Part shown: positions 63,251 to 64,000 of the stretch, one piece after another
Numbering within the stretch: the stretch's first letter is position 1
Layout of the letters: every line of letters starts with the position of its first letter
Assembly: GCA_965262725.1 (NCBI GenBank)
Contig: OZ253555.1
Coordinates: 320,001-384,000, forward strand
Length of the DNA: 64,000 bases
Direction: 5' to 3'
Source of the DNA: Dehalococcoidia bacterium
GTDB lineage: Bacteria; Chloroflexota; Dehalococcoidia; UBA2979
Translations under genes and position numbers: made by a program
The notes under the pieces: generated by a model
What the model was told of the DNA's origin: nothing
Database searches by the model: none
What the model saw: the letters and a program-made list of their open reading frames with translations, nothing else

Positions 63251-63583
63251 ACCTACGCCGTCGTGATTGAGCAGACCCCGAACAACTACGGTGCCTACGC
63301 GCCGGACGTGCCCGGCTGCATCAGCGCTGCCGGCACCCCCGATAAAATGCTGGCGATGATCCGCGAGGCTCGCACCTTCCACATCGAGGCACTGATCGAA
63401 GACGGCGATCCCGTACCCGAACCCACGATGTCCATTGACGACGCGAGCCCGTACCACAGCCAGGCCCTCTCCGAGGCCGATGAGGAGTTGCTGGCGGAGT
63501 ACGGTGATGCCCCTCCGACGCTCTCGACGCGGTTCGAGCTGGTCGAGATCGAAGTTCCTGCCCTGCAGCCCGAGGCCGTGTAG
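63242..63583 (+). pseudogene. hicB: HicB-family antitoxin lacking a normal start codon
   Basis: YAVVIEQTPNNYGAYAPDVPGCIS...GDPVPEP. Confidence 0.78.
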
Positions 63584-63600
63584 GTCGTCGCAGGGGACTA

Positions 63601-63763
63601 ATGGACCTCGCTCTGGTAGACGGAGAACGGCGGACACCACCAGGGGGCCGCGGCCTCTGTCAGTACTGTGGCATCGCGATGGTCGCGAGGTGCGGACGCG
63701 TCAAGATGTGGCACTGGGGCGCACATGCCGCGATCAAGTTGCGACCCTTGGTGGGGCGGCGAG
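63601..63763 (+). pseudogene. CoiA-like N-terminal fragment, frameshifted
   Basis: ALVDGER...CQYC...ARCGRVKMWHW, then AH...CDPWW. Confidence 0.72.
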
Positions 63764-64000
63764 CGTGGCTGGCTGGGCTACTACGCGGTCCCAGTCCGCC
63801 GCATGCCGCCTAGCCGGACGACGGGTAGTCGGTATCGTCACGGACGCGTTCATAGTCCTCGCGCCGGAGCCAGTGGCACCAGATATTGCGATTCTCCATG
63901 CTCAGTCGTTGCCGGTAGCGCTCCGAGCGCCAGCCCGCGACCTCGACCCGTGCGGACCCTTCCCCGTCGAGCACTTCTTCGATTGCGGGAATGAGGTCCG

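Overview
High-GC bacterial window. tRNA-fragment motifs and gene content suggest Chloroflexota/Dehalococcoidia, which is an inference only. Bases 1-7.2 kb hold an alpha-2-macroglobulin/PBP1C pair. From a tRNA-Gly 3' fragment and a tyrosine integrase (7.3-8.6 kb) onward, the window is a heavily reworked genomic island. It contains: (i) about 11 att-like modules built from tRNA 3' pieces (Gly, Ala, Asp, tentatively Met and Leu) with integrase-arm-like tandem repeats; (ii) three nests of mobile elements whose junctions can be read to the base (XRE-ImmA gene > IS1380 > class E group II intron > IS1111-type IS110; IS256 > class F group II intron > IS21 plus an ORF-less intron; small ORF > IS630 > second copy of the ORF-less intron); (iii) defence-type cargo (RloC-like ATPase, MqsA-HTH/nuclease/STAND fusion, two NYN RNases, HNH, OLD/TOPRIM, DUF2971, KAP NTPases, a compact R-M-like pair plus HEPN gene); and (iv) many short gene fragments. 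Candidate bridge/seekRNA guide segments of the IS1111 element can be read directly and match its target site inside the group II intron. All family calls come from motif recognition by eye; no database searches were run.
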